Shown in pieces: positions 1-15,296 of a DNA stretch of 64,000 nt. This stretch comes from Tubiluchus corallicola (Eukaryota > Animalia > Priapulida): positions 1 to 64,000 of the forward strand of contig JAQGDQ010000064.1 of NCBI GenBank assembly GCA_030141605.1, in the 5' to 3' direction. A program made the translations under genes and the position numbers. The notes beneath the pieces were generated by a model that worked only from the letters and a program-made list of their open reading frames with translations, was not told where the DNA came from and did not search any database. Numbering within the stretch: the first letter of the stretch is position 1; every line of letters begins with the position of its first letter.

Positions 1-1829
1 TTTTGCCTGTCTTAGTTTTAATGCTCTAAAACTTTAGTTTTTTCTTTATTTTAGTTTCTGAGTCATCCCATTACATCCATGTCTTCAACTTTTCCTTCTC
101 ACTCTATTTTGATTTTTTTTGTTGTTTTCTTATTTCCCCACTTTATCGCATCAACTTTAGTCTTCCGGTGCACGGTAAGTTAGGAACAGGTAAAGGTAGC
201 ACAGGTGATAATGGTATTGATAAATTTGGCATAGGACGAAGGGCGAAAATAGAAAGAGGGAAAAGTGGATCGTTAGAAACACAAATGTACCAGTTTTGCT
301 ATTTTTCCACTTGTGGCCCTTTCCCTCTGCCCTTACCACATGTATCTCTTTTTAGCTACACTCCAATGTTCCCTGCCTTTGCCTTTCTACCGCTTGATGT
401 CTTCCCATTTCTTTCGGTTCGTCTCATTGTCACCAAATCACTTTCTTTTGACGCTTCCTTTTTAATTTGGTGATGGCAATCTTTTGTTAGGCTTGTTGTC
501 TGGTTGGCTGGTCTGTGAGGTCCTATGATAGACAGGCGGTAAGCTCTCTCGCGGGACTTGAAGATTAACTACTAACATTGTCGCATTTATCTTAAAAGTA
601 ACCGTTATACTTGAATGTTTGGCATCTTCTGAGGCGAATACTAGAAAAAAGAGACGCCTGCAGATGCCTAGCCTTTTCTCTTTTCCATGAGACCCGATTA
701 CCAGAACTCTGAAATCTTATATTGTTTTTTTCCCTTTACACTAAATCGAGCAAAATTTACACAAGTTTCTGATGACTCGCAGTTAACAGGTTGTTTTTAT
801 CCATCAGCTACAAATAATTACCACTAACAGTGCATCTTACGCGTTCACACTGGGGAAAAGCTATTTGGAATTTTAAATTGACTTGCTGGCGTGTTTGACG
901 TTTCTAATGCAAGTTTGGATCAGTGAGTGGGGTTTGTCAACATGAAATGAACATTGAAGCGACTTGGACTGCGCACTCGATTAGTGTAGTCGTGATTACT
1001 TAGTGGACAAGGCGCACCACTAAAACAACGCAACTTTTAGTTGTGTGGAACTTGCGATTGTCGCGGCTTCGTTGCTTGTATTGAGATTCTCTTGCTTTGA
1101 AGATTCCCGTTTGTTTTATAACACCACGGCTTATTGGCTAGAGTTTAATTTTGTTCGGTCTTTGCCTGCATAACTGGGATCCTCCTCGTTTTGGGTTTGC
1201 CCGTAATCATTTTGGTTATACTTGCTGCTTTATCTGTGCGCTCGAGTTTCTGCAGTTAATATTTACCCGAGCAGCTTTCAGGAGAAACACTATTTGCACA
1301 TGGTTGCTAAACTCCAGCTGCATTGACGTCACCGACTCCTGTTTTGACATCCCTAAATATCCAGCTTTTTGCGTTTTTGTCGCGTGACTTGATTGGAGGC
1401 TGTTTGCGGTATTCTCCCCGCGCTGCAGTTCTTACGGGAGTTTCCAATTTCAATATAATCTAAACTAAGTTGGCGCTTACTCAATTTACAATGAAGTTGT
1501 TAATGTGAAGAGATGTAGCTGGGATTGCAAGGGCTGTAACAGGATTTGTATCGACTTTCTCTCACTCTGCTTGTCCATTATCTGTTTAAAATTTGCCTGG
1601 CGTATACGACTGCCTTCTTGTTTTACTTTGTACCAAAAACTGTGATAACTTCCGCGTTTTACGCATTAGGTAACTATCGATTAGTCCAATTTTAAAACCT
1701 TAAATTTAATTCGAAAGAACTGCAATAATTGTTATTATTAATTTCTTTTACTGACTTAATCGCGTGATAAAAACTTCGGTAGTAATAAAAAGGCAACATT
1801 TATACTTTTGCGATGAAACGAATCCACAA

Positions 1830-2020
1830 TTAATTAAATTTTGATACCAAACTTGAAAGACAGGAAATCCGAAAAAGTTGTAATACAGTCTGTCTTTGAA
1901 CCAGGGACGCTGTGCTGACATGGCAGACGGCTTACCACTAGACAGCCAAATTCCCTAGTGATTGAAGCAGTTCAGAATTCAGCTCTTATAGCTGCCTAAC
2001 CACATTCCAATGTTAGGGCA
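1830..2020 (-). repeat. Dispersed repeat with a tRNA-like (A/B box) core, copy 1
   Basis: Minus strand ggctgtctagtggt...ctggttcaaa (1895-1947); flanks align loosely with 48840-49035. Confidence 0.5.
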
Positions 2021-3861
2021 CTTACAATAGAGTGATTCTAACCAATTAATTTTTTTAAAGTTAAATTTGAGCCTGAAAGTTTCTTGGGTAATTAATTAAT
2101 TATTGTATTGGATATTAATTAGATATTAAGATTATAATAATTAATTTATATTTCTCTACTTAACAATAAATTTATTATGTTCACAATGATGACTTCAGTG
2201 GCTCAGTTAAATGTAGTACTCTGAGAGAAAAACTCAGTTCATTCACTTGTTAGCCTTAACACCTTCCATTGACTTTTTCTGTTCCATTTTTGGACGAAAA
2301 AGTACCCAGTAAGATATCTTTAGATATTCAAAACTAAAAAGTCAACAAAAACGAACGTGTTGCTTAAAGCATATGTTATATAGTTTTTCTTTAATAAAAC
2401 GAAGTTATCTTTCAAATTTTGTTACTGGTGAATGGTGATGCCATTAAGAAAAATCACGTGGCTTGTTCCAGATGACATATAACAACACATTAAGAAGCTA
2501 CAAACTATACAGTTTCCAAGCTTACGCTAGTTTAAAAAAACTTTTAAGCGCTCTTATCATTTGTGTTTCAAGGAATTTTCAAGGAAATATTACAAACATT
2601 GTACAATACCTCGTTATTCGAATTACATAACGACCGAGAGCGAATTTTACAAAATAATCAACGCAGTATGATACGTTCATAATGAAAACGACCAGATCAA
2701 ATTATTTCAGTCTGCGTATTACAATGTACCTATACAATATTTAGTATAAGCAAAAAATGAATTATTCAAGCCTAACTCTTTCAGACAATCATTGTGCGAA
2801 TCTGCTGGAATATTGTAATTGCTCCTCACGCGACATGCGCGGTCCCATTCACCCACACCGCTGTTTGCACGAAACTACAAATTGAGTTTTACATCAATTT
2901 CTTGTTTAGTATTCACGTAATGTTACAAGGGCCACAATGCATTTATCGACTACCTTGTCAGATGAGCGTTTGACAAAAATGGAAAAGGGTTGTTGCCTTG
3001 TAGCTTTTTTGCAATTCTTGTATGAAACATTCACTTCCCTTTATTAGTGTTGTTTCTCGCATTTAGGACTTTATTGTCATTTAGTACAGTTGTGGACGCT
3101 GTTGCTGATGAGGGCGATCCAGTTTTCTGAGTGTGCTGCTGGCCCGTTTTCCATCTTTCCATTACCTGTTTAAGATATTGGTATGAATGTGTAGTCATGT
3201 AGCCACACATTCCCTCAAACATAATCATCATCAGTATGAACAGCAATAGCAACAACTGTAGCACTAACAACAGCAAAAACAGGAACAACCTTTTGTGGCG
3301 CATAGGACTCCAAGCCCAGTGCAGTCAAAAAGTAATTGTGAAAAATGTACTGTGTGTACTGAGTTTTTTCGGGAGTTCCAGTATTTAAGAATTTTAATGT
3401 TGGTCCTTGCTGATACTAACGTAATGCTTCATCTTAAATTTGCTATAAAGGTCAATTTTTGAAACACTTTCTTATTTCCTTTGTTCGCATTCGGTTGTCA
3501 TATTATAATGTACTATTCCATTTGTGAACTTTTGCAATATTGTATTCATTGAAGTTGTGAATTGTCGCATTAAAACTCTTTGACACGTCTCAATACTCAT
3601 CGTACCTACGAGAAAGGCTTCTAAAGCTCATTGAGAACAAAGACAAAAGCAAATGCAGCGTAACAAAAACTTAACTATAATAATTAATTACTTATAATTA
3701 ATTCATAATAACAACAGTTAACATAATTTACCATTGCTGCTGCTTTAACCAGACGACACTATCTTTAAATTTAATTTAATTTATTAACACTCAATTAAAA
3801 TTTACAGATGGTGTACAAACAAATAACAATACAACACTATACATTACAACACAATAAAATA

Positions 3862-4300
3862 TTACATTAAGAATAAATGAAGGAGGAGAATGTTGGGGAG
3901 ACACAAAGACAAAAACTGCTTACATGTGTCTTTTATATTTGAGAAAGATATCAATATCACCTGGCTGACATGATGCCATACTGGTGTACGATATTCAACG
4001 ATTGGTCTTACATGTTTTATACGCCCTAAGAAGAACGTCTTTATCATTTGTACTAAATATTCTAAAAATCATGTTAATTATTCTATTAGCTTTACAGTTC
4101 AGTACAATGGGCAGTAGATTTTAAGTTTTGTGAAATGGTAACACCAAGGTCACGCACAACATTCACTGATTCAGTTTCATTATCTGAAACAAAGTAGCTA
4201 TTACGAGGTTTGTTTTTACCAATGTGAACAGCATTACACTTTGGAATATCTATCTTTAATTGCCACATATTTGCCCATTCAATAATGCTATCTGTATGCT
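3862..4300 (-). mobile_element. Degenerate CR1-like LINE fragment (RT C-terminal part)
   Basis: IIEWANMWQLKIDIPKCNAVHIGK...VRDLGVTISQNLK...HC and VRPIVEYRTPVW in broken frames. Confidence 0.8.
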
Positions 4301-7300
4301 CGCTGTATGGCACATGACCAGTCACTACAACCGTGTAAACTATGGATCTTCTGTCCATTGACCACTAAATGTTAGATGTTATGATGATATTTAAGAAAAG
4401 CTTGTTTAGGATTTGCACAGTATAAACTGAACAGGATGAATATTTTTGTATGCTTCTATTATAATTAAGTATAATTTAGGCTACAGTGATTTAATGTATG
4501 TTAATTAGGCAGTGTTTTTATTCAGGGATACTAGGGTTTTGTATTTATGTCGGAAAATAGTCATTACAGACTAATGTTCTTTGTACTGCAAACAGAGGTT
4601 AAATTAAGTAAATTATAATTGTAACTGCAGTATAATTCTAATTATTGTATGCTATCATCCTATTATGTGTAAAACACTGATCATCACAGTAGCGCTATTT
4701 TAATTTAAATTGTTAACTGTAATTCTATCTTTCATTTCACTCATTAGGCATTGCATTTATACACGAAAAACATTTAGCATGAATTTTAGATGGCTGGCAA
4801 TATAAAACACTTAAATGAGTCGTTGTCTTAACACCATAAAACATAGACATTAATTGCGGCTGCTAATCCGCGAAAGAATGAACTATAAAATTCAGCGCTG
4901 CATTTAGTGTCTGGAGTTAATATTTAATGCAATGCTCAATGTTGCTTAATGTGTACAGTTGTGCCCGACAGGTGCGCTCAGTGTAATAAATTTATAATGT
5001 TAAGATAAAATTTATGAATTGAAATTGATAGAGTAATGTGGTTACATTAACGTAACAGGAGCCCTATTTAAATGCATTTGTGACAGCGGCTGGAGTTGGG
5101 GATTTGTGATTGTGCGGTCAACGTTATTGCTAGTCTGGGCGAATAAATAGAAAATCTAATTTGCTACTTAAGATTGTTGGTGTGGTTTTGATGGTTTAAG
5201 GTGAAATAAAGAAGCCAGTGGGTATCTTAACTTTAGACTGATAGAAAAATTAGTGGGTGTGGAAGATATTGAGGAACTATAAATATTTTTTGTCTCGAAA
5301 ATCAAGCGTTGAGCACAGTAGTAATAAAGTCATTTATATACTTAAATTAAAAAATCGGCTCTGAGTTACACCAAAGGCCATACTGACGTAATCCGAAAAA
5401 CCATTCGCCAATTTTTAGACTGTGTCACTTTTTGATCCTACGGCAGCAAGACAATGGAATGGTTAGAACATTTATGTTTTTAACGCCAGTCCACTAAGCT
5501 AGTTACTGCTTTCCACATTTGCCACAAAGTGCAGCGAGTGTATAAACCACATTCACTGCAGGTTACTGTCAAGTGTATCAAGTGTATCACAGGGACTTGT
5601 TGACCTGTATCACGTGTCCTGATATAGAGATGGCAGCTCCTTGTGTTAATCAAAATAGTTAGGTTTTTGTTGACATGAACCAGTTTGATGTAAAGCAGCT
5701 GACACTCACACATGCGAACGCTGACCTAATTTTTGTATTTGAAATGTTTGTTCATTTAAAAATGGAAGATTCACCTGTGATGTCTTCAAAAAAAATTCTA
5801 CACTAAAATAACAAGATCGCATTTGAAGTTCATGGGACCTATAAAGGCCCATGCCTATAAATGCACAGCGAAAGTGTGAGTCAGCTGACACAAAACTCTA
5901 AACCCAATTTAAGCGCAGTCGTGGGTAACTCATGCTGACAAATTGGGGACGGGTTTTGGTAGAGTAGTTCCTGATCTTCAGGGGGATCAATGTCAGAGGT
6001 TATTTACAAACCAAAAACTGAAAGGCATGGTACAGGTCAAAAGGTCATCTACCACTGAGAAATTATAAGGGGTTGAGGAATTAAACATGTTTAGTCACAA
6101 AGAGCCGATCCCCGAAAGACAGCTTAAACATGGGCTGCTAACGAACACCTAGCCAAAGTCACATTCTTTAGACCGCCTTGCTTTTGCGACTTTTGCTAAA
6201 CTGAGCACGGGGCTAGAACGACTTTAGATTTGGTTTAGAAAAGCCTTACGAGAAGTTCCGTAGTGGGCAACACCTTTGCTGCTTCAAAAAGTTTCAGCTT
6301 TCTTTGGGCCACTTTTAATAAGTTCTTGATCAACTTCCAGTTGCTTTGAGTTTTAAAACTCTGCATGTTTTGCCTATCGCCAAAGCTCTGTGGACATATA
6401 CGCGGCGAAATCGATTTCATGTTTTTAATAAGGACGTAGTCAGTTTCTTGCTTCTTCTTGTTTTTTTACGGGCTTCTGATTCCATATTACTAATATCTGG
6501 CTAACGCAAAGCAATAACTCATGTTTTGATAATCGAAATGACACAATACTCCACATATAACACTGAGTGTTATAGTCGCTTGACCATGTATTTGCACATT
6601 GTTATAATCGTATGCCGTTGTAAATAATGTGTAGCATAGTGTGCACATGTTAAAAAAGTGTTGTATGCCATCCAAAATTTCTCGACAAATTCTGTCAAAA
6701 TATGACGTCGTCGCCTCATCGGTGGCAATTTCAATCTTATAAGTTTGCAACTTTTTTGGAAATGAAACTTGGGTCGCCTTTGACATCGTGACGGAATAGT
6801 AACGTTTGGAAGCCATTACTAAATAATGACGCGGTCACATATGCAGTGTACTTGCGGTAAAAAATATGGTTTACCATTATATCACCACTTAATTTCTTTT
6901 CAATTTACGAGTTTCATTTTTGGCCAAATTTACTTTCATAAATCATATTGTAAACGTTCCTTAAATGGTTTTGTTACCACATTGAATACCTAACGTAATC
7001 AATTTATTTTGTTCTTCATTTTAGCTCGTAATCGTTACGTGTCTTAAGCCATAAAATACAGTTACTAATATATAAAGTTACTAATATTATAATAGTTATT
7101 AATGCTTACTAAAAGTATACAGTTACTAATATTACTAACTATTATATAGCTAATTGTAAAGACTTAAACTTGCTATTTACAAAAATTAAAAACAGAAAGA
7201 AAGTAGTTCAAAATATTTAAATAAATGACATACATTTTTTTATTTAAAGTTCGTTGAAATTTCATTACAATGAGCAAAAATTTTGGAGCATACAAAAATG

Positions 7301-7550
7301 TCACAATGATAAATTACATGTTTTAAGAAAAGCATTAAAAACATTAAATCATTAGGAGTTTAAACGGGGCATCTGAGATTGTATGTACATTTATGCAAAA
7401 TAACTTAATATCATTTTCTTCACAGATTGTCAAAGCTCGGGTACCATATCTGTTTTTGAAGAGTTTTTTCCCATACCAGATTTTAGCTTATTAAAAATAT
7501 GCAATTTTGCATAATGTATCGCAAGATTAAATTCTTTGTTTTTTTTCCAG

Positions 7551-7599
7551 ATCGAAGATGCTATGCTAATGTTTGATAAAGCTACACAAAGGCATAGAG
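7551..7599 (+). CDS. msi: Musashi exon, RRM2 ([17 protein letters not shown])
   Basis: ttttttccag| acceptor, |gtaaga donor, 49 nt, phase 0 to 1. Confidence 0.95.
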
Positions 7600-10500
7600 G
7601 TAAGAGCCGTTTTTAATGTTCAGCATCATAATTGCAGATTGCATTTTATGATCTTTTACCTGTGATTCTACAGATATATTTTGCGTACACCACTAGTAAT
7701 GATTACTGGTACTAGCGCCACTGAAATGATACATTAATACATTGAAAAATTTAAAATCAAACAACTAAATTTACGGTTTACTAGTTGTGTGCTGTTTTAT
7801 GTATCAACTAATACCTTTGCTCTGCACAATTTCCAGCATTCAACGGTAGTGCCTACTGAAATTGGAACGTAGTGGCAGGACTGAAACCTAACTCATCATT
7901 AAGGCTATGCCTCTAACAGAACCAATAGAGGTGTCTTAATCACATTCCCATGTGAATATATCCTCCCACCTACGGAAAGCTCCCACCCCTAAAAAGTTAT
8001 TATTTTCACTGGGTTGCTATCATAGCTCAAATTAAGTGAAGTTTATTTTTGGTAACGCAGTGAAATCATTCTGAGCAATTCGCGGAATCTCCCCGAAACC
8101 ATCAGCTGGGATAAGAAATAGCCACTATCGATTCGATACCATGATAAATGCAAGAAAGTTGCCTCGAAAGAGCGCAAATGTCTCCGAAACGGTCACAAAA
8201 GGCAATTTTGAGAAGAAGGACAGTGCAGTTAATGATGCAGTGTGTCATATCGGATTGATCTATCATGCATGAATCTGGGGGTAATTCGGTTTACGTTATA
8301 AATTCCCGTCGCATTGTCTCACTGTGACCGGTCATATATCTGCACTGACAGTGATAAGAGCAAAGGGGTCGCGTAGGAGTGAGAGATGCTGAGATGGAGG
8401 GGATTCTTGCTCTTCTTATACTGTGACGGCTTTTAATGAAATCTGGTTTAAGTTTAAGAGTTGCTAAAATCAAGTGTTGTGCATTAACAGTGTATTATTG
8501 ATTGATTGCATTTATGCAACTGAAGCTTCTATGAGAGACTTGTCCTAGACCTGTGACTTCCGTAAATGAAGAACACTAACACATTAATTAATTAATTAAT
8601 TAACTGCCATGATCCTGCTATTAAATCCTGATCAGCCTTTTCCGAATTTTAGCTATGGACGATGATCGGTTGTAGTATACTGTCCGAGGTCTGCTTTGTC
8701 AATTTAGGTGCATTGGCTTGTACATTTTTTAAGTTATTGAATTTAGGTGCATTGACTTGTACATCTTTTAAGTTATTGAATTCTAAAGCTTAAATGGCTT
8801 TGACTAGTGACCTTGACCTTTAAGTGATGCAGGAGCACTACTATTAAATATCTCCAGCACAATTCGTGTTGCCTTGGTTAGTATACTTTTGAGTTACTGA
8901 GCTTACTCTGCTTTTACATTTTGACCCCTGCCATTGGAGTCGAGACTTAGCCCTGCTCAGGCTGGACATAGTGACCTTGACCTTTTAAGTGTTCATTGTG
9001 GCGGTGATGCAGAAGCACCACTGTCAGATATCTCCAGTACAATTCGTGTTGCCTTGGCTAGTACACTTTGTAAGTTATTGAGCTTACTCTGCTTTCACAT
9101 TTTGACCACTGCCGTTACCAGCCCTACTCGGGCTGTCTGAAGTCGTCCTTGTTACAGTACATGTGCTTGAAAGTTTCCTCAGCATAGATACAAAAAGTAT
9201 TAGTGTTTAACAAAGTTTTAACAAAGGGACGAAACATTGAAGGTTAACTGTCCTGCTTTGGAATAAAGCCGGGCAGCTTGCTATAACGATTGTTCTTTTT
9301 TGACAAACTTATTTGATACTAACGTATCTTGGTAACAAAGCAGACAGTTTGTCAATTTAACCTTTCTTTGCAATAATGCAAACAAGATGTCATTCATGTA
9401 TTGTTGACATTACGTCTGAATAAATACCAAAAACTTCTTCTTGGCAATAATTACTAATCAGTGTACATTTTTAGCAATAAATAGTAGTTCTTATCCCGTA
9501 GCTGCCATTTGTCGACATACTCGTAGTCGGTCTCACGTAAGGATATTCTTCCCAAGAAAGTATAAGATCTCTGTTTAGTCTTCATGAAACATTGGTTTTT
9601 GCATCAGTCGGCCAGTTATGTCATACCTTCCATTTCTGCATTCTGGTGGTTTTACGAACTTCTTAATATTGATCTGCCATAAGATGGCACTTCTTACTAA
9701 TATGCTAGCCTTACAGTTATGTTTTTATTAAAATGTTTAGAAGATACCAGTGCTGTGTTGGAACGTGTGTTTTGGATGTGAAAAGCTTGAAGCTTGCAAA
9801 CAGGGATAAATTTCTCATCAGAACATCACAATGCACTCTGTAGAACGTGTATAGCGACTTTCCTCTCCTCGTAATCATGTTTTCCACATTGATTTTCCGA
9901 AGCACCGTGCATTAGGATGATTTTATTCACTAAAGGCGATGGTAAAACGTATAAAGTGCATGGCCCTGCTGAATGATTTTGGATTTTATCGTCTGTATCC
10001 GCGTTTATCGCCTGCAATTCAGTTCCTTCTTTCAGTGTCTTGCTGCATTAATCATCCACTCTCTATTCTCCTTTAACGTGCCACATTAACTGTGTATTAA
10101 ATCCCTTTTTGAAAGGGCCATATTTTAATGTCTGTATTTAATTCTAGCACTTACAGATCCTATATTGCCCTGCATAATGGTAGTTGTCGTTGTATGTAAT
10201 CGTAGTAATAGTAATAAGTATGTGGGTTATGTTTATAATAACCAAAGAAAATCACCTTTAGATTTTGGTCTACACGTGCACTATTGCTGGCTAATTACTT
10301 GTTTGAAGTCAAGTGATCGGTAATTAAATTTTAATGAGAGAGGATAATTAATTGTGATTGGTTGTAATGAAGTCAACCAACTCATGCAATAATGTGAGTT
10401 TAAAAACGATCGTTGTTCGCAGTATAGCAATAACTTGATCGAGAGTTGATCCCAACGAACGTCACGTTGAATAGGAAAGTTGAATAGGGATTATAAGAAC

Positions 10501-13500
10501 AAAAACAACTAATACAAAACTGAAAGTCCATTTTCCGTTGATCTTTTTTATATTCTTTTTTTCAAGTTTTTCTTTTGCTGCCTATAACTAGATGCAAGTG
10601 ACTCTGATGTGCGTGTGCGGTATACTTCATTTTTTGTTTGTAGTCGCCCTTATTTGGTGTGGGTAACTTTTAATACTTTTTTGTTGTTGCATGTAATTAG
10701 CGGAGTTAATATTTTGTGTGTTTTTGTTATCTTTTTAGTTTGTTATCAATTATATTGCAATTTTAATGCTGAAATAAAAGGTGAATTGAATTGAATATCA
10801 TATCCTTTTTGAACTTCCAGGTTTTCTTTTGAAAAAGAAACAGATATCATTTTGTTTCTGATTTCTGTTCCACATTCTTTGACATTTTAAGGGTGCCTAT
10901 TTTTTGCTGTTTGCCAGGGTCATACAAATACATGACAGTTCTCGTTCGTTATAGAAATCGCATGTATTTAATCAGCACTAGAAGCTCCCTTAGCACAATC
11001 ATTCAATAATACGTCAAATTCTTATTCTAGAATATTGAAAAGCTGATTAGCTGATTGCAAAAATTTTAATTAATAGATTGTGCATCATTAAATAATACGT
11101 CAAATTCTCATTCTAGAATATCGAAAAGCTGATTAGCTGATTACAAAAGAAGTTTACTTAATAGATTGTGTATATGTCTGTAATTAAATGCTGCCAAAAA
11201 ATTGCTTGTGCGAAAAGTGCAAAATAGATATGTAATCTAGAAAGCCTGCCATTTACGTAAACAAACTATAAGTACGTGCTCAATAAATTTAATTAGGGCA
11301 AGAATTGTTGTTTACACCGGAATACATGTTAGCTAAATTATTCTCATGTCAATGGTATATGTCTTCTCAAAATGCATTACCAGAAGTGACAAGTACTCGT
11401 GATTGCCACTCTTTGTTTGATGATCTGTTCATTATTGAATTCTCTCTTCACTTGTGTTGGGCTTTCTCACTTGCATGTGCGGCTTCATCGGTATTGGGTA
11501 ATCTGGTGCTTGGGTAAGAGCATTTGAGTGGGCTTTCTATGTCTTTTCGCTGTTTTGTCTAATAGAAAGGTTGCACCATGTGAGAAGAAATTAATTGGCC
11601 GTAATACATCTCTGCTTGCATTACGAATGCACCAACTATTAAGTATTCAGTATTTTTGTGACAGAAAATCGAAAGTTGTGACATTACCTATCAGTGTCCA
11701 GTATATGCAGCCGACCAATGTGATTCAGTGAATACCTAGATTCCTAGAAAGATTGTTCCGTCTTCTGCTCATTAACGGAAGCGGTGCTGACAAGACACTC
11801 CAGTAGTAGTATCTGGTGTCTGATGAATTTACGCGTTTTATTTGAGGAATTGCTTTTAGGAGCAGCTAACCTGCCCAGTCTGCTATGCTGAAAGCAGATT
11901 TACCTGTAAAGATCTTCTTTCGCACTTTATTTATCAAAGTGTTCCCGAGATTAGCCGAAATGAAATGCTTTTTTATTTTTATTAATTAGAAGCCCGCGTG
12001 TAAGTTAGTCTGAAATTTTACACCCTAGTTGAACAAAACGAGTGAATCAATATCCACGTTCCACTAACGCATTAGTTCTTTAAATCCGCATTATCCTATT
12101 CTCCGTCTCCCTTCTTAAAAGTCTATGGAAAATTTATCAAACAGTGAAATACAATCTTGGTATAATAACGTTACTACCGCAAAGAGGTATCGATTTTCGT
12201 AGAAATCGACTTGGCATTTTTGTTTGGGCGCAGATCGATTCGTTTGTTCGAAATTCGTGCAAGTTATTTCAGTTGTGGCATGCATACATGCTTACATAGT
12301 CCCCGCATGCTGCAATTTAATGACATGCGACATAACAAGCTTATGATTATCACGACGTAGTTTAAGTTATAGCCTTGTAGGAGCAGGGCTGATGCTGGGT
12401 AAATGTAAAACACAGTTATGAGCGGGGAATTGTCTCTTAACTGTAAAGGCTATTGCTTCTCTCAGTATGCTGTAGCTGATTTCGCTGTGAGGTGAAATGT
12501 AATGTCTTTCTTTATTACCTTTGTAATAATACTATTATTAGTAACATTTAGTGACTTACTAGCTCTTGCCAGGGAATTAGGTAACAAAATCGTCATTAGC
12601 TTGCAAGCACCCCAGTTACGCCTTTTCATACGGCTATCCCAGTGAAACACCAGTAAGAATCGTCTTAAAGGAAGCTATAAAACCTTGCAAAAAACCACCT
12701 GGCAAACCAAAAACAACTTGGATAGCTAAGACAAATAAAGCTGTTCAACAGCTTCAACCAAATCTAGCGTTAGGAGTAGAAGAATTTACACTGTTAGCTG
12801 CAGATAGGAGTGGGTGGAAACCTCTAAGAAATGTTAATGCTTCAATATCTGCAACAGATGGAATGAGACCTTGAATAAGTTGAAAATTTTTATTACCCCA
12901 AGCAGCCAAACCCATATTACAAAAATTACAAAAATATTATGTACAATGTAAGCTTACAAAATCGGCGAAAATGTAAAGTTGTATGTGTTTGTAACTAAAA
13001 TACCAATGTTGTTTATTTTCTAAGCGATAAGGTAAATAAGATGTAGTTATAAGTTTACAAACCTGATCTGTTGCGCTGCCCGCTGTGTGACGAGAAAATT
13101 TCACTCGTCGCCATCTTACCAAAGCAGCTTTAACAGACTTTTCGTGTTTTAATGAGGTTGCCTATCACAAAGAATGGATCAAAATTAAAGATGATATCGC
13201 AGCATGATAAAAAAGCAACTAAAAATATCACAGGCAACCACTTTTCAGAGATAGCAAGTAGCAAGTACAGTTTAATGAGAGCACATGCAATGAATGCAAG
13301 ATAGGGACTCAACACTGGAGGAGACAGACACACAATGGTTGTTGTAAAATAGTTGAAAAACTTGCGAGTGTATTTTTTATAAAAGCACTGAATATGTGAC
13401 ATGACTGAAAAACCCATTCATTGCCGATTCAGGAGTTCGAATCCCATGCACGTAGACGGGATTTTTCAAGCTACCTGTACCTGATTAAAATTTTCTGGTT

Positions 13501-15232
13501 GGCCCCTTCCTTCCTTGGTCATATACCTGTGTGGGGGGTTCGCTAGCCACTTGTTCTCAACTACTTAGGCTACGACAAGACATGCCCTAATCAACTAGCC
13601 ATCTATTCAATGCTGACATCGGACCACCATTCTTTTGCTGCTTCTTTTTCTTCTTCTAAAGAATAATCACCAGATTAGCCAACCAACCTGCACCGTGGTG
13701 CATCGTGGGTTTGAGTCCCAATACTGACCCAAGTCATAATTGAAGACAAAAGTCTCTGTCGTCGCATTTGCATATAATACTTTATCAGGTCATAGAAACA
13801 TGTATTTACTTTGTCATGAAATACGTGTTTTTTAAGCTTAGGTATTTGCAGCTCAATCGAGTTAATATGCCTTAACATTGAAAATTGTTTAGTTCTTCTA
13901 ACAGACTTAACTAATTTTGTATTGGCTGCTGAGCACGCATCAGCGAGCTACACCCGCGCTATTCGATAATTTAAACGTCACTTGTCATTTAATGGGGTAT
14001 TTAACCGAGTTAGTTGGCAGTCCTTAAGTCGATAAGTTGTGGCTTTTTTGCTCGCTTGTCTTTCATAATGATATGCGCGTCCGTTTATCTTTGTAGCCAG
14101 AGAGGATAAACAGTCATTTTGTGGGTAGATAAGTCTTCCTAGGCGATTTACGCAGCGCGAATAGAGCCAGCTAAAAGTGTCTAGAATTACAGCAAATAGG
14201 CATCTCAATCGCGACATAAGACGTGGCCAAAAATACACACTGACGAGTTATTCAATACCATAAGTTTAATCTCGTTTAACGCGGATGCTGTCATGAAAAA
14301 CCTTGTGAGTTTGAACTAAAACGACAGTGGTGATTGCAAAAAAGAGGCAGAGAAATGTTTGCACAAATACTTTTTCATCACGGTCTGGCTTCGTTGCATT
14401 CACAGGCACTGTCAAGTTCACGCACTTATTATGTATGTTTGTAAAGTGGCATTTGAACATTGAAACCCTCGCATAAGAGCTGTCGCAAAACTATAGGATA
14501 ATGTTCTTGAAATAGCGTAGTCGATCGAAATACGTCATTCCTGTACAAGCCGTTTTATGCAATAGCCATTTTAAGCAATGCCGGCTTAATAGTTTATTCA
14601 AGGTTGGTCCAAGTACAATGCAGTACGACACGCAAAAGAGCCACGCAATACCTCCGTGGATATAAACAAATTACGTAAACTTTTTGAAAATCTATTCATT
14701 AAATAAGTGTTTTCTTTATTGATTGTGTTGTTTTTGACAATGAAAACATCCTTTTCAGCAGAACCTCTGCAAACTTACACAAATTTGTAATAATATGTAA
14801 TAATATGTAATTACTGGGCATATAAGAACAAATTATACTGATGTTGATTTTAGTACTGCGGCATCTGTGATAAGAGACAGGATGTAAAATTTGTTTGATG
14901 CTTTAATCACATACGCTTAAAGATGGTTCGCTATTTTGTTGGTAGTAAAGACGTAGAGTTGAGTAATTTATAGTATGTTTATATATGTATATACAACGAA
15001 CGTTTTTTGTGTAGTGTCTTGTTGTGTCGTACTAATTTATTGGAAATATGCCATCCGTTGGCAGGCATATGTTTGTAGTTTTAATGTTTAGTTTTCATGC
15101 CGAATTTTTTGGAACGTTGAACTATTTGAACGTTGAACCTTTCGGTAATAAATTACTACTACTACTACTACTATGACTACTACTACTACTGCTGCTGCTG
15201 CTGCTACTGCTACGACTACAACATGTTCAAGG

Positions 15233-15296
<64 letters not shown>

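Noticed and set aside
1-1450. Possible decayed LINE ORF1/5' region on the minus strand
   Set aside because: The composition is suggestive but no convincing motif or continuous frame could be recovered by eye.
1895-1947. Functional tRNA gene
   Set aside because: Only degenerate A/B boxes; I could not fold a cloverleaf, and it is part of a dispersed repeat.
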